From Actinomycetota bacterium (lineage in GTDB: Bacteria; Actinomycetota; CADDZG01; WHSQ01), in contig JBOGXF010000053.1 in NCBI GenBank assembly GCA_050694275.1, positions 8,382 to 72,381 on the forward strand: 64,000 nucleotides of DNA. The letters are read 5' to 3'. The notes under the pieces are model-generated. The model worked only from the letters and a program-made list of their open reading frames with translations. It was not told the DNA's origin and did no database searches. Shown piece after piece: positions 35,164 through 44,030 of this stretch (positions are counted from its first letter, which is position 1; the number at the start of each line of letters is the position of its first letter). Position numbers and translations under genes: made by a program.

Positions 35164-36252
35164 CTAGGCCCTCTCCCGCGCCAGTCGCTCGCCGAGGATG
35201 CCGGAGGGACGGAAGATCAACACCAGGATCAACGTGAGGAACGCGACGACGTCCTTGAGCTGATGCGCTGCGTCAACTCCGAGCCCCGTGAGGACGAGGC
35301 TGGGGCCCATTGATTCGACGCCTCCCAGAACCAGTCCTCCCATCATGGCGCCGATGATGTTGCCGATGCCGCCGAGCACTGCCGACGTGAACGCTTTGAT
35401 CCCGGGGAAGAAACCTGTGAAGAAGTCGACACTGCCGAACTCGAGCCCGAAGAGCAAGCCGGCGACCCCCGCCATCGCGCCCCCGACCGCGAACACCAGG
35501 ACGATCGTTCGGTCGACGTTGATGCCCATGAGCCGAGCGATCTCTTGATCTTCGGACACCGCCCGTATCGCTTTGCCCGCCTTAGTCTTCTCGACGAATA
35601 GATAGAGCCCGGCCATCATCGCAAAAGCGGCGATGATGATGAGAAGCTGCACCTTGAGAAAGGGTATCCCCAGGATTTCGACCGAGCCTTGCAGCGATTG
35701 CATCGTCGGAAAGGCCTTCTTGTCGGTCCCGAACATCCCCGCGACCGCGTACTGGATGAAGAACGACGCGCCGATAGAGGTGATCAGCGGGATGAGACGG
35801 GGCTTACCTCGCAAGGGGCGATATGCGACCCGTTCGAGCACCACCGACACGAGCATCGACACCGCCATGCAGCAGATCAGCGTGAACGCCAGCGAGAAAA
35901 CGGGCTGGCTGTTCCACAGCCCCGCGTCGGCCAGCGCGGTCGAAACGAAGAACCCGGTCATCGCGCCGGTCATGAACACCTCGCCGTGGGCGAAGTTGAT
36001 GAACCGAAGCACGCCATAGACCATGGTGTAGCCGAGCGCGATCAGCGCGTACACAGATCCCTGGGCGACCCCAAATATCACCAGATCGCGCCACTGCGCG
36101 CCGCTGAGTCTCCCGCTGCTGATGCTGTTGAACGCGCCCCAGGCGATGGCGAGGACCGCGCCGATGCGCACCAACCACAGAAAGCTGTCGATGATCGGGA
36201 GCTGGACCTTGCGGCGCGCTCCTACAGGACCCTGCGCTACATCCTGCGCCAT
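35164..36252 (-). CDS. livH: Branched-chain amino-acid ABC transporter permease (LivH type)
   Basis: ..GSVYALIALGYTMVYGVLRFINFAHGEVFM.. is the typical LivH N-terminal block. About 8 TM segments. Confidence 0.85.
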   Translation of the reverse strand: MAQDVAQGPVGARRKVQLPIIDSFLWLVRIGAVLAIAWGAFNSISSGRLSGAQWRDLVIFGVAQGSVYALIALGYTMVYGVLRFINFAHGEVFMTGAMTGFFVSTALADAGLWNSQPVFSLAFTLICCMAVSMLVSVVLERVAYRPLRGKPRLIPLITSIGASFFIQYAVAGMFGTDKKAFPTMQSLQGSVEILGIPFLKVQLLIIIAAFAMMAGLYLFVEKTKAGKAIRAVSEDQEIARLMGINVDRTIVLVFAVGGAMAGVAGLLFGLEFGSVDFFTGFFPGIKAFTSAVLGGIGNIIGAMMGGLVLGGVESMGPSLVLTGLGVDAAHQLKDVVAFLTLILVLIFRPSGILGERLARERA

Positions 36253-36346
36253 GTCACCTCATGTCACCCGACGGTCATCTCGAGTCAGACACGGACCGGG
36301 TGCCCGGCACCCCACGGGGCACCCGGTCGGTCTCGCTCCCAAAATC

Positions 36347-37612
36347 TTACAGACCGGCCGCCTCTTCGTCGAACGAATAGAGCGGGTCGCCGCGGACGTC
36401 GTCGATCGTCACCTTCTCTTCCGTGTTCTGGAAGACCTGGATGTTCGGGTCGGCGCAGTCACCGAACTCGTCGCACGTCAGCGTTCCGGTGAGCCCTTCA
36501 AAACCTTCGGTCGCGCCCACCGCGTCGCGCAGCCCCTGGCGATCGATGTGTAGCGTGCCGTCGTCGTCCTCGACGACGATCTCCTCCAGCGCCTGGAACA
36601 GGATGTTGGCCGCATCGTACGCGTGGCCGTGGAACGACTGGATCGGCCTCTCCCCGAACTTCTCCTCGTACTTGGACACGAACTCGCTGTACGCGTCGCC
36701 CGTCGGGGTGCCGGGACCAGAGAAGTACATCCCTTCGGTCGCGGGGATCTCGACGAAGGTATCCGACAGGAGGCCGTCGGCCCCCATCAGGATCTCCTCG
36801 CCGAAGCCGACGTCGCCCGCCTGCCTCGCGATGAAGTCGCCGGCAGGCTGAAAGATCGGGAAGAACAGAAGCCCCGCGCCCGATGCCTCGACCTCGGTGA
36901 GGACCGGACGCATATCCGTTTGATCCGGGCTGACCGCCGAGCTCAGCGTGATCGTGCCGCCGAGCTCCTCGAAGGATCTGTCGAAGACGCTCACAAGACC
37001 CTGGGTGTAGGGGTCGCCGTCGTGGATCGAGGCGGCCTCGGTGACGTCGAGCTCCTCGAACACGTACGTCGCGGCGGCCGCGCCCTGGATCTCGTCGTTG
37101 TGCGCGGTGCGGAAGTAGCCCGGGTTGTAAGCCTCGCCCTCCTCGCCCAGCAGCGAGGTCAGCGCGGGCGACGTGTTGGAGCCGGAGATCATCGTCAGAC
37201 CGGCCTCGGACATGATCTGAGACGCAGGTACTCCGGCGCCCGAGCAGCTCGTCCCGATGATGCCGACGATCTGAGGATTGGACACGAGAGCCTGCGCCGC
37301 GGTCGTGCCGCCCTCGGCCGCGCATTGGCCGTCCTCGCTCGAGAGCTCGATGGAATGGCCTCTGAACTCGCCGCCGAGATCGTCGATCGCGATCTCGATC
37401 GCACGCACCTGGTCCTCGCCGAGGCTGGCAGTATCGCCAGAGATCGCCTGAATGGAGCCGATCTCGAGCGGCTCGTCGGGTCCGATCGTGACCGCGCCCA
37501 GCGCGCCGGGTTGGAACGCCTCCCCGTCGCCGCCGTCGTCGTCGGCGCAGGCCGCCGACACCAGCGCCAAGGCAAGCAGCATGGCCGAAAGCGTGAACCA
37601 CCTCTTTCTCAT
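36347..37612 (-). CDS. Branched-chain amino-acid ABC transporter substrate-binding lipoprotein (LivK/LivJ type)
   Basis: Lipobox LALVSAACADD and a periplasmic-binding type-1 fold core ..IVGIIGTSCSGAGVPAS.. RBS AAGGGGGAG. Confidence 0.85.
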   Translation of the reverse strand: MRKRWFTLSAMLLALALVSAACADDDGGDGEAFQPGALGAVTIGPDEPLEIGSIQAISGDTASLGEDQVRAIEIAIDDLGGEFRGHSIELSSEDGQCAAEGGTTAAQALVSNPQIVGIIGTSCSGAGVPASQIMSEAGLTMISGSNTSPALTSLLGEEGEAYNPGYFRTAHNDEIQGAAAATYVFEELDVTEAASIHDGDPYTQGLVSVFDRSFEELGGTITLSSAVSPDQTDMRPVLTEVEASGAGLLFFPIFQPAGDFIARQAGDVGFGEEILMGADGLLSDTFVEIPATEGMYFSGPGTPTGDAYSEFVSKYEEKFGERPIQSFHGHAYDAANILFQALEEIVVEDDDGTLHIDRQGLRDAVGATEGFEGLTGTLTCDEFGDCADPNIQVFQNTEEKVTIDDVRGDPLYSFDEEAAGL

Positions 37613-37826
37613 TTACTCCCCCTTGCTCACGCGGACGTGCTCGCGGCGATGCCGACTGAGAACGCCCTCTCTTAACCCCAAACCGCTCCCATCTGCTAGA
37701 TGATGGAAAGCGGGCCTAGTTTACTCAGGCGGCCGCAAAAGTCCAAGCGATGGCCTTTGGCCCCCCCACAAGGGCTTTTCGCCTCTACTACGCGGGTCGG
37801 AGAGAGTCATCCGGGCTCGTCCCCTC

Positions 37827-38420
37827 CTATCCGGAGAGGATGGTCTGGGCGACGTCCTTCATGGAGCGGCGATCGTCCATCGCCTGCTTCTGGATGTGCC
37901 TGAACGCTTCGCTCTCGGTCATGCCGCGCTCGTCCATCAGCCTCCCTTTCGCCCGATCGACGACCTTGCGGGTCTCGAGCCGATCGGAGAGGTCGGCCGA
38001 CTCCTTCTTCAGGGTCGAGAACTCCGCGTGTCGGGCGAGCGCGACCTCGATGGCGGGAAGCAGGTCCGACTTTTGAAAGGGCTTGACGAGATAGCCGATC
38101 GCCCCGGCCTCCGCAGCCCGCTGAACGAGATCCTTCTGTGAGAACGCGGTCAGGATCAGGACGGCCGCGATGTCCTCCTCGACGATCTTCTCGGCGGCCG
38201 AGAGGCCGTCGAGCCCGGGCATCTTGATGTCCATGATCACGAGGTCGGGGGTCTTCTCCCGTGCCAGGCGCAGGGCCGCATCTCCGTCGGCCGCCTCACC
38301 GACGACCGTGAGACCCTCCTCCTCGAGCATCTCCTTGAGATCGAGCCGGATGATCGCTTCGTCCTCGGCGATGAGGACCCGGGCGGGTGCTGCAGAGGGA
38401 TCGGTTGAAGGCTCGGCCAT
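37827..38420 (-). CDS. ANTAR-domain response regulator (PdtaR-like: REC + ANTAR)
   Basis: REC is ..RVLIAEDEAIIRLDLKEML..DLVIMDIKMPGLDG.. ANTAR is ..LETRKVVDRAKGRLMDERGMTESEAFRHIQKQAMDDRRSMKDVAQ.. The ATG at 38418-38420 shares one base with the upstream stop. Confidence 0.85.
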   Translation of the reverse strand: MAEPSTDPSAAPARVLIAEDEAIIRLDLKEMLEEEGLTVVGEAADGDAALRLAREKTPDLVIMDIKMPGLDGLSAAEKIVEEDIAAVLILTAFSQKDLVQRAAEAGAIGYLVKPFQKSDLLPAIEVALARHAEFSTLKKESADLSDRLETRKVVDRAKGRLMDERGMTESEAFRHIQKQAMDDRRSMKDVAQTILSG

Positions 38421-38698
38421 CACGCGTCGAGCATCCGGTCGAGCAGGCGATCCTGCTCGGCCTGCAGCTCCTCGATCTCGGCCGTCACGCGCGCCCGCTC
38501 ATGCGTGAGCCGGTCGTAGTCGTCGCGCGCGACCCTGAACTCGCGGTCGGCGAGCGGGGTCTCGGCGACGAGCATCCGGGTCTTGGCCTCCTCGAGGACG
38601 TCCATCTGGAAGAGGATCTGCTCCTCGACGATCCGGAGGTCGGCCCGCGCCTTCGTGAGGCGGTCCCCGAGCTCGGAGAGGTTCTTCTGGATACGCAT
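38420..38698 (-). CDS. Hypothetical 92-aa coiled-coil protein, translationally coupled to the ANTAR regulator
   Basis: MRIQKNLSELGDRLTKARADLRIVEEQILFQMDVLEEAK..EIEELQAEQDRLLDRMLDA is heptad-rich. I chose the internal ATG at 38696-38698 of track ORF 38420..38839. Confidence 0.5.
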   Translation of the reverse strand: MRIQKNLSELGDRLTKARADLRIVEEQILFQMDVLEEAKTRMLVAETPLADREFRVARDDYDRLTHERARVTAEIEELQAEQDRLLDRMLDA

Positions 38699-38865
38699 TG
38701 GGACGGGAAAGTATAGGGCCGCGGGCCGGGCTAAGGAATCCCCCATTTTTCGCGATTTTCTTGTCGTAGCCGGGTCAGTTTTTCGCGTTTTTTGTCCTAG
38801 CCGGGTGATTGGATGGAGCCACGAGTTTCGGCCGCGCACCCGGGACCGGGCTGGAGGCTGCCCAA

Positions 38866-39639
38866 ATGCGTCCCGACGCGGAATTCGAGATGGTGCACTA
38901 CCTGATCCAGATGGGCCTAAACGACTGTCAGATCGCGCGGGCCAGCGGCATCCCCAGGGGAACGATCCGGGACTGGCGACACCTGAAAAGGAAGGCTTCC
39001 GGAGACAAGCATTCCACTCAAGGCGACTGCCCCAGGTGCGATCACGCTGTGCTCGATGGCCATTGGTACGCCTACTTGCTCGGGTTGTACCTCGGCGACG
39101 GATGCATCTCCGAGCACAGACGCAAGGTATTCAAGCTGCGGATTAGCCTCGATCAGAAATATCCGGGCATCATCGAGGAATGTGCACGGGCCATGAAAGC
39201 AGTGCGACCTACCACCAAGATGTCAGTCGGCCGAGTGACATGTATCGGGTGCATCGAAGTCAACTCTCATTGGAAGCACTGGCCTTGCCTGTTCCCGCAG
39301 CACGGCCCAGGGCGCAAGCACCTTCGACAGATCAAGCTCGAGCCCTGGCAGCAGGAGATTGTCTTCGCCTATCCCGACCGGCTCCTGCGGGGATTGATTC
39401 ACTCCGACGGAACCCGATCCATGAATCGGATTTTCCGAACATGGGGGAACGGACACTCTAGGTGGTACGAGTACCCGCGGTATCAGTTCACCAACTTCTC
39501 GCCCGACATTCGCAAGATCTTCTGCGACGCGTGCGATGCCTACGGGATTTCGTGGCGTCAGATGAACGCTCGCACGATCTCCGTGGCGCGCGGACCGGAC
39601 GTGGCAAAGCTCGACCTCGTCATCGGTCCGAAGAGATGA
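38866..39639 (+). CDS. Free-standing HTH + double-LAGLIDADG-like protein (homing-endonuclease-derived)
   Basis: There are two LAGLIDADG-like helices, YLLGLYLGDGCI and LLRGLIHSDGT, about 100 aa apart. The N-terminal HTH-like region is ..NDCQIARASGIPRGTIRDW.., followed by a CPRC motif. The region has visibly lower GC than its surroundings. ATG at 38866 behind GGAGG. Confidence 0.6.
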   Translation: MRPDAEFEMVHYLIQMGLNDCQIARASGIPRGTIRDWRHLKRKASGDKHSTQGDCPRCDHAVLDGHWYAYLLGLYLGDGCISEHRRKVFKLRISLDQKYPGIIEECARAMKAVRPTTKMSVGRVTCIGCIEVNSHWKHWPCLFPQHGPGRKHLRQIKLEPWQQEIVFAYPDRLLRGLIHSDGTRSMNRIFRTWGNGHSRWYEYPRYQFTNFSPDIRKIFCDACDAYGISWRQMNARTISVARGPDVAKLDLVIGPKR

Positions 39640-39687
39640 GACCGTGGAATCGTATGTGCTAGAGCGCGGTTCTACACTGTTACCGTC

Positions 39688-39771
39688 GCCGGGGTGGCCA
39701 AACTGGTAGAGGCGATGGATTCAAAATCCATTGGGCTTCGGCCCGTGCGGGTTCGAGTCCCGCCCCCGGCA
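39688..39771 (+). tRNA. tRNA-Leu (anticodon CAA), type II with a long variable arm
   Basis: Acceptor GCCGGGG/CCCCGGC, anticodon stem ATGGA/TCCAT with loop TTCAAAA, variable arm TGGGCTTCGGCCCGTG, T arm GCGGG-TTCGAGT-CCCGC, discriminator A. CCA is not fully encoded. Confidence 0.9.
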
Positions 39772-39784
39772 CCGCCCCCGGCAC
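39761..39784 (+). repeat. Perfect 12-bp tandem duplication CGCCCCCGGCAC x2 covering the tRNA-Leu 3' end
   Basis: 39761-39772 (the tRNA T-stem 3' side, acceptor and discriminator) is repeated exactly at 39773-39784. Confidence 0.9.
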
Positions 39785-40132
39785 TCGTTTGGCCAAAAAC
39801 CACCGCACGTGTGGCTAACGGCAAAAAGAGCTCACGTGCGAGCGCGCGGCTTGCTCGGAAGGTTCTCGAAGGAGGGGTCGCGGGGAGGATCGACGCCGGT
39901 CGGTGCGGCGCGGATGTGCGGCGATGCTTACGGGCGAGGTCTGCGGCCCTTCTGAATCCTGATCTGTCTCATCGTTCTCTCCCCCCGGAGCAGGCGATGT
40001 ATTTACTGTTTCATTCATCGGTCAACATCCCGCGGATTTAAGAAAAATCGCATCGGCATTACTACGTATGTGTCTAGATTTGCCCGGTAGCGGGGCATAG
40101 TCATTTCGAGTCATTTCTGAGTAGCCCTGCAA

Positions 40133-40164
40133 GCAAAACAACCCGGCCCGAGCGGGCGGGGCCC
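40133..40164 (-). terminator. Probable rho-independent terminator after trpA
   Basis: On the minus strand, a GC-rich imperfect hairpin (GGGCCCCGCCCG..CGGGCCGGG) directly after the trpA stop is followed by TTGTTTTGC. Confidence 0.55.
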
Positions 40165-40167
40165 TTC

Positions 40168-40941
40168 TTAGGCGTCGAGGGCCGCTCGCACCTCGGCGAG
40201 GAAGGTGGCAGCGGCCTCGGCCCCCTGCTCAAGAACGAGGCGCACGACGGCGCTTCCGATCACCACGCCGTCGGCCGTGGCCACCGCGGCACGCGCCTGC
40301 TCCGGTGTCGAAACGCCGATGCCGACGACCACCGGGAGCGAGGTCGCCCGGCGACACGATTCGACAACCTTGGCGGCGCGTTCCGAGAGCTGCTCGCGCG
40401 TCCCGGTGACCCCGAGGGTAGATACCGCGTAGACGAACCCCGTGGCGGTCGCGACGATCGCATCCACGCGCTCGGGCGGGGACGTGGGCGCGACGAGCGG
40501 AACCCACGCGAGCCCCTCTTCCGCAGCGGCACGGCGCAGGTCGCCCGACTCCTCGACCGGAAGGTCGGGGACGATCAGACCGGCGAGGCCGGCCTTAGCG
40601 GCGCGGCGACAGAACTCCTTCTCTCCCGTCCGGTGGATCGGGTTGTAGTACGTCATCGCGACCGAGGGCACGTCGAGATCGACCGTGGCGGCGAGATCGA
40701 GAGCGTCGAGAGGCCGGACGCCCAGGGCTATGGCGCGCTCGCCGGCGGCGGCGATGACCGGTCCGTCCATCAGCGGATCCGAGTAGGGAAGCCCGATCTC
40801 GCATGCGTCGGCGTGACGGGCGACGGCTGCGAACGCGACCCCAAACGACGCGGGCTCGGGAATACCGGCCATGAGGTACGGCACGAGCAACTTGTGTCCC
40901 CGCGCGCGGAGGCCGTCGAGGTGCTCGAGCAAGCGGATCAC
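40168..40941 (-). CDS. trpA: Tryptophan synthase alpha chain
   Basis: ..[12 protein letters not shown].., ..[15 protein letters not shown].. and ..[13 protein letters not shown].. The GTG start overlaps the trpB stop (GTGA). Confidence 0.95.
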   Translation of the reverse strand: MIRLLEHLDGLRARGHKLLVPYLMAGIPEPASFGVAFAAVARHADACEIGLPYSDPLMDGPVIAAAGERAIALGVRPLDALDLAATVDLDVPSVAMTYYNPIHRTGEKEFCRRAAKAGLAGLIVPDLPVEESGDLRRAAAEEGLAWVPLVAPTSPPERVDAIVATATGFVYAVSTLGVTGTREQLSERAAKVVESCRRATSLPVVVGIGVSTPEQARAAVATADGVVIGSAVVRLVLEQGAEAAATFLAEVRAALDA

Positions 40942-42116
40942 TCCCCGAGCGCCTCCGCGACCGTCGCCACGTCCTTGTCGCCGCGTCCGGACAACCCGAT
41001 GAGCAGTAGTTCCTTATCGGCGCCGGCGCGCAGCGCGTAAGCGATCGCGTGAGCAGGTTCGAGTGCCGGGATGATTCCCTCGGTCTCGGACAGGATCCCG
41101 AACGCGGCGAGCGCCTCCTCGTCGGTCGCCGTCGTGTAAGTCGCCCGTCCCGAGGACGAGAGCCATGCATGTTCCGGTCCCACTCCCGGGTAATCGAGTC
41201 CGGCGGAGATCGAGTGCGCGTGAGCAATGAGGCCCTCGTCGTCTTGCAGCACGAGGCTGCGCGCGCCGTGGAGCACGCCGGGCTCCCCCCGATTGATCGA
41301 CGCGCCGTGACGGCCGTCGAGACCCTCCCCGGCAGCCTCGACTCCCGTGAGTCGGACGGCCTCATCCCGATAGAAGCCTCGGAACAGCCCGATGGCATTC
41401 GATCCCCCGCCCACGCACGCCACGACCTCGTCGGGGAGACGGCCCTCGGACTCGAGGACCTGGGCGCGCGCCTCGGTGCCGATAACGGTCTGGAGCCATG
41501 CGACCAGCTCGGGATAGGGATGGGGACCGACGACTGAACCGATGACGTAATGGGTGTCTTCGACATGGGTGACCCAGTCGCGCAGGGCCTCGTTGATCGC
41601 GTCCTTGAGTGTCGCGGACCCTGCCTCGACGGGCACGACCTCGGCGCCGAGCAGGCGCATCCGCACGACGTTGAGGTGCTGGCGTCGGACATCGACCGCT
41701 CCCATGAAGACGACACACGGAAGCCCGAAGTACGCCGCCGCGGTCGCGGTGGCGACGCCGTGTTGACCCGCTCCGGTCTCCGCGATCACGCGTGTCTTCC
41801 CCATGCGCTTTGCCAGAAGCACCTGCCCGAGCGTGTTGTTGATCTTGTGTGCACCGGTGTGGGCGAGATCCTCCCGCTTGAGGAGCACCTTGCACCCGAC
41901 CCGCTCCGATAGCCGCTCCGCGAAGTAGAGGGGCGTGGGCCGACCGACGACGTCTCGGTAGAGCCGGTCGAGCTCCGTCGCGAATCCGTCGTCGGCGCGC
42001 GCCGCCTCCCACTCCCGTTCGAGCTCGTTCAGCGCGGCCATGAGGGCCTCGGGGACGTAGCGCCCGCCGAACTCGCCGAATCGCCCGTGCTCGTCGGGCA
42101 CCCGGCCGGTCTTCAT
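40938..42116 (-). CDS. trpB: Tryptophan synthase beta chain
   Basis: ..[13 protein letters not shown].., ..[16 protein letters not shown].. (the PLP lysine) and ..GGGSNAIG.. Confidence 0.97.
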   Translation of the reverse strand: MKTGRVPDEHGRFGEFGGRYVPEALMAALNELEREWEAARADDGFATELDRLYRDVVGRPTPLYFAERLSERVGCKVLLKREDLAHTGAHKINNTLGQVLLAKRMGKTRVIAETGAGQHGVATATAAAYFGLPCVVFMGAVDVRRQHLNVVRMRLLGAEVVPVEAGSATLKDAINEALRDWVTHVEDTHYVIGSVVGPHPYPELVAWLQTVIGTEARAQVLESEGRLPDEVVACVGGGSNAIGLFRGFYRDEAVRLTGVEAAGEGLDGRHGASINRGEPGVLHGARSLVLQDDEGLIAHAHSISAGLDYPGVGPEHAWLSSSGRATYTTATDEEALAAFGILSETEGIIPALEPAHAIAYALRAGADKELLLIGLSGRGDKDVATVAEALGE

Positions 42117-42886
42117 GGCCGGCCGAGCAGCTCTCGGAGCTTGGCGGCCGGGTCCGACGCGGTGACGAGGCTTTCGCCCACCAGCACCGCGTGCGCGCCG
42201 GCCGCGGCGAGCTCGTTCACCTCGGCGCGCGTGGAAACCCCCGACAGCGCGACCACCGTCGTCCCCTCCGGCACCTGGGGAGCAAGCTTTGCCGTGCGTT
42301 CCGGATCGACCTCGAAGGTTTCGAGATCTCGATGGTTCACCCCGATGAGCGCGGCACCCGCTTCGAGGGCGCGCGCCAGGTCGGACTCGTCGTAGACCTC
42401 GACCAGGGCGTCCATCCCAAGAGCACGCGAGGCAGTTAAAAGACGGCCGAGCTCGTCGCCGAGGATCCGAACGATGAGTAACACCGCGTCGGCCCCCTCG
42501 GCGCGCGATTCGAGCACCTGCATCTCGTCGAGGATGAAGTCCTTCCGGAGCACGGGCAGGCGGGCGCTTCTCGCCCCGTAGAGGTCCTCGAGCGATCCCC
42601 TGAAGTAGTCGGGCTCGGTCAGCACCGATATCGCCGACGCCCCGCCGCGGGCATAGTCGGATGCGATGGCCGATGCGTTCAACTCGCGGTTGAGATCGCC
42701 CCTCGCCGGGGTCGCGCGCTTTATCTCGGCGATGATCGCGACGGCATCTCCATCAAGCGAACCCCGGAAACCGCGCGGCTCCTCGGCGGCCGCGAGACGT
42801 TGCTCGAGCGCCTCGGGCGTGACGCGCTGCTTCAACAGCTCGATTCGAGCTCTGGTCGAGGCCATGAGATCGTCAAGAAAAGTCAT
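42113..42886 (-). CDS. trpC: Indole-3-glycerol phosphate synthase
   Basis: ..[16 protein letters not shown].., ..[14 protein letters not shown].., ..LRKDFILD.. and ..[11 protein letters not shown].. An ATGA overlap joins it to trpB. Confidence 0.93.
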   Translation of the reverse strand: MTFLDDLMASTRARIELLKQRVTPEALEQRLAAAEEPRGFRGSLDGDAVAIIAEIKRATPARGDLNRELNASAIASDYARGGASAISVLTEPDYFRGSLEDLYGARSARLPVLRKDFILDEMQVLESRAEGADAVLLIVRILGDELGRLLTASRALGMDALVEVYDESDLARALEAGAALIGVNHRDLETFEVDPERTAKLAPQVPEGTTVVALSGVSTRAEVNELAAAGAHAVLVGESLVTASDPAAKLRELLGRP

Positions 42887-42897
42887 GACACGCGACC

Positions 42898-43653
42898 CTA
42901 CCCGGCCCCCGTCGTGAGGTAGTGGAGCAGCGCGTCACCAACCGCGTCGGCACCTCCGGCGACGACCGCCGCCTCGAAGCCGGCGGCCTCGAACACCTCG
43001 CGCGTCGGGCTCTCAAACCCAATCGTGGTGCGTGCGCCCGGGCCATTGATCTCGCCGGCACGATCACCATCCACAACCAGACCGCCCGTCTTCGACACGG
43101 TGGAGAGAACGATCACGAACGGCTTTCGCTCCTGGTCGCGGAGGTATTGCACCAGTCGCCGGGAACCGAGCCGGCCCCCCTCGGTTTCGGCCTTCTCGGC
43201 CCCAAGGGCGGCGAACGATACCCCGTGATCTTCGTTAGCTACGCGCAGCGCGCGGGCGAGCTCGAGCCAGACCCCGATTGCGAGACCGCTCGGATCCTCG
43301 TCGGGCCCGGTGTCGTACGAGACCACGACGACGACTTGCGGCTCGGAGGCACCGGGGGGCAGGGCGATCACGTTGGTCGAGCGCACGAGGTTCCCTACCG
43401 GGACGCCGTCGAGCAAGGTCGCGTATCCGGCGTTCCCGAGATGGCCGAGGAGGTAGGTCGCGGCAACCTGCTCCTCCTGCGACCCGGCCCGGCGAGTCGG
43501 CACGTCCACGTCGAATTGCTCGGCGTGGCGAGTGACGATCTCGGGCTGGATGGTCGGGGGCCCCGAGGGGGTCGCCTCGGGCCGGCGGGTGACGTCGGAG
43601 CCGCACGCAGTGGTGGCCAACGCGATTGCCGCCACTAAAACAATCGACTTCAT
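42898..43653 (-). CDS. Lipoprotein with a degenerate M28-peptidase-like fold; first gene of the trpCBA unit
   Basis: Lipobox VAAIALATTACGSD. The layout resembles M28 (..AGSQEEQVAATYLLGHL..NVIALPPG..VVVVVSYDTGPDEDPSGLAIGVWLELARAL..FAALGAEKAE..), but the usual His/Asp/Glu-Glu metal ligands appear to be replaced. I chose the ATG at 43651-43653 of track ORF 42898..45210. The rest of that ORF is antisense to trpE. Confidence 0.6.
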   Translation of the reverse strand: MKSIVLVAAIALATTACGSDVTRRPEATPSGPPTIQPEIVTRHAEQFDVDVPTRRAGSQEEQVAATYLLGHLGNAGYATLLDGVPVGNLVRSTNVIALPPGASEPQVVVVVSYDTGPDEDPSGLAIGVWLELARALRVANEDHGVSFAALGAEKAETEGGRLGSRRLVQYLRDQERKPFVIVLSTVSKTGGLVVDGDRAGEINGPGARTTIGFESPTREVFEAAGFEAAVVAGGADAVGDALLHYLTTGAG

Positions 43654-43695
43654 GCCCACAGCTTGCCAGCAGCGCGCTCGCTTACGATCCTCGTC

Positions 43696-43956
43696 ATGAG
43701 CGATCGCTCCATAGCGTGGTCTGGTCTCGAGCGAGGCACCTCGGTGTACGCGTCCGGCGGCGAAGAGATCGGCAAGGTCACCGACGTCGTCGCCGACGAA
43801 CAGAAGGACATCTTCTCCGGGATTGCGATCCGCACCGGATTGTTCGAGTCCGACGTCTTCGTCCCGGCCGATCTCATCGCCGAGCTCACGGAGGCCGCGG
43901 TCCGGCTGACGATCTCGGCGAACCAAGCCGAGGCCCTCAAACCCTACGAGCCCTAA
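43696..43956 (+). CDS. Small PRC-barrel / DUF2171-like protein
   Basis: 86 aa, MSDRSIAWSGLERGTSVYASGGEEIGKVTDVVADEQKDIFSGIAIRTG.. I chose the internal ATG of ORF 43663..43956. It is the only plus-strand gene inside the trp region. Confidence 0.5.
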   Translation: MSDRSIAWSGLERGTSVYASGGEEIGKVTDVVADEQKDIFSGIAIRTGLFESDVFVPADLIAELTEAAVRLTISANQAEALKPYEP

Positions 43957-43964
43957 ACCTCTCC

Positions 43965-44013
43965 GCCGAGTGGTCTGTGAGGGGGCCTGGAGCCGACCTA
44001 TCGACCACTCGGC
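43965..44013. repeat. 49-nt hairpin element, copy B: GCCGAGTGGTC-N27-GACCACTCGGC
   Basis: Its 11-bp stem and loop length are identical to 26359-26407, but the loop sequence is unrelated. It lies between the convergent PRC-barrel gene and trpE. Confidence 0.8.
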
Positions 44014-44030
44014 GCCCGGACGGGGGGCTG

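Noticed and set aside
39694-40041. ORFs in the low-GC tract after tRNA-Leu (39694..40041 +, 39731..39955 +, 39815..40018 -)
   Set aside because: They start inside the tRNA or lack an RBS. They have no GC3 bias and give low-complexity translations.
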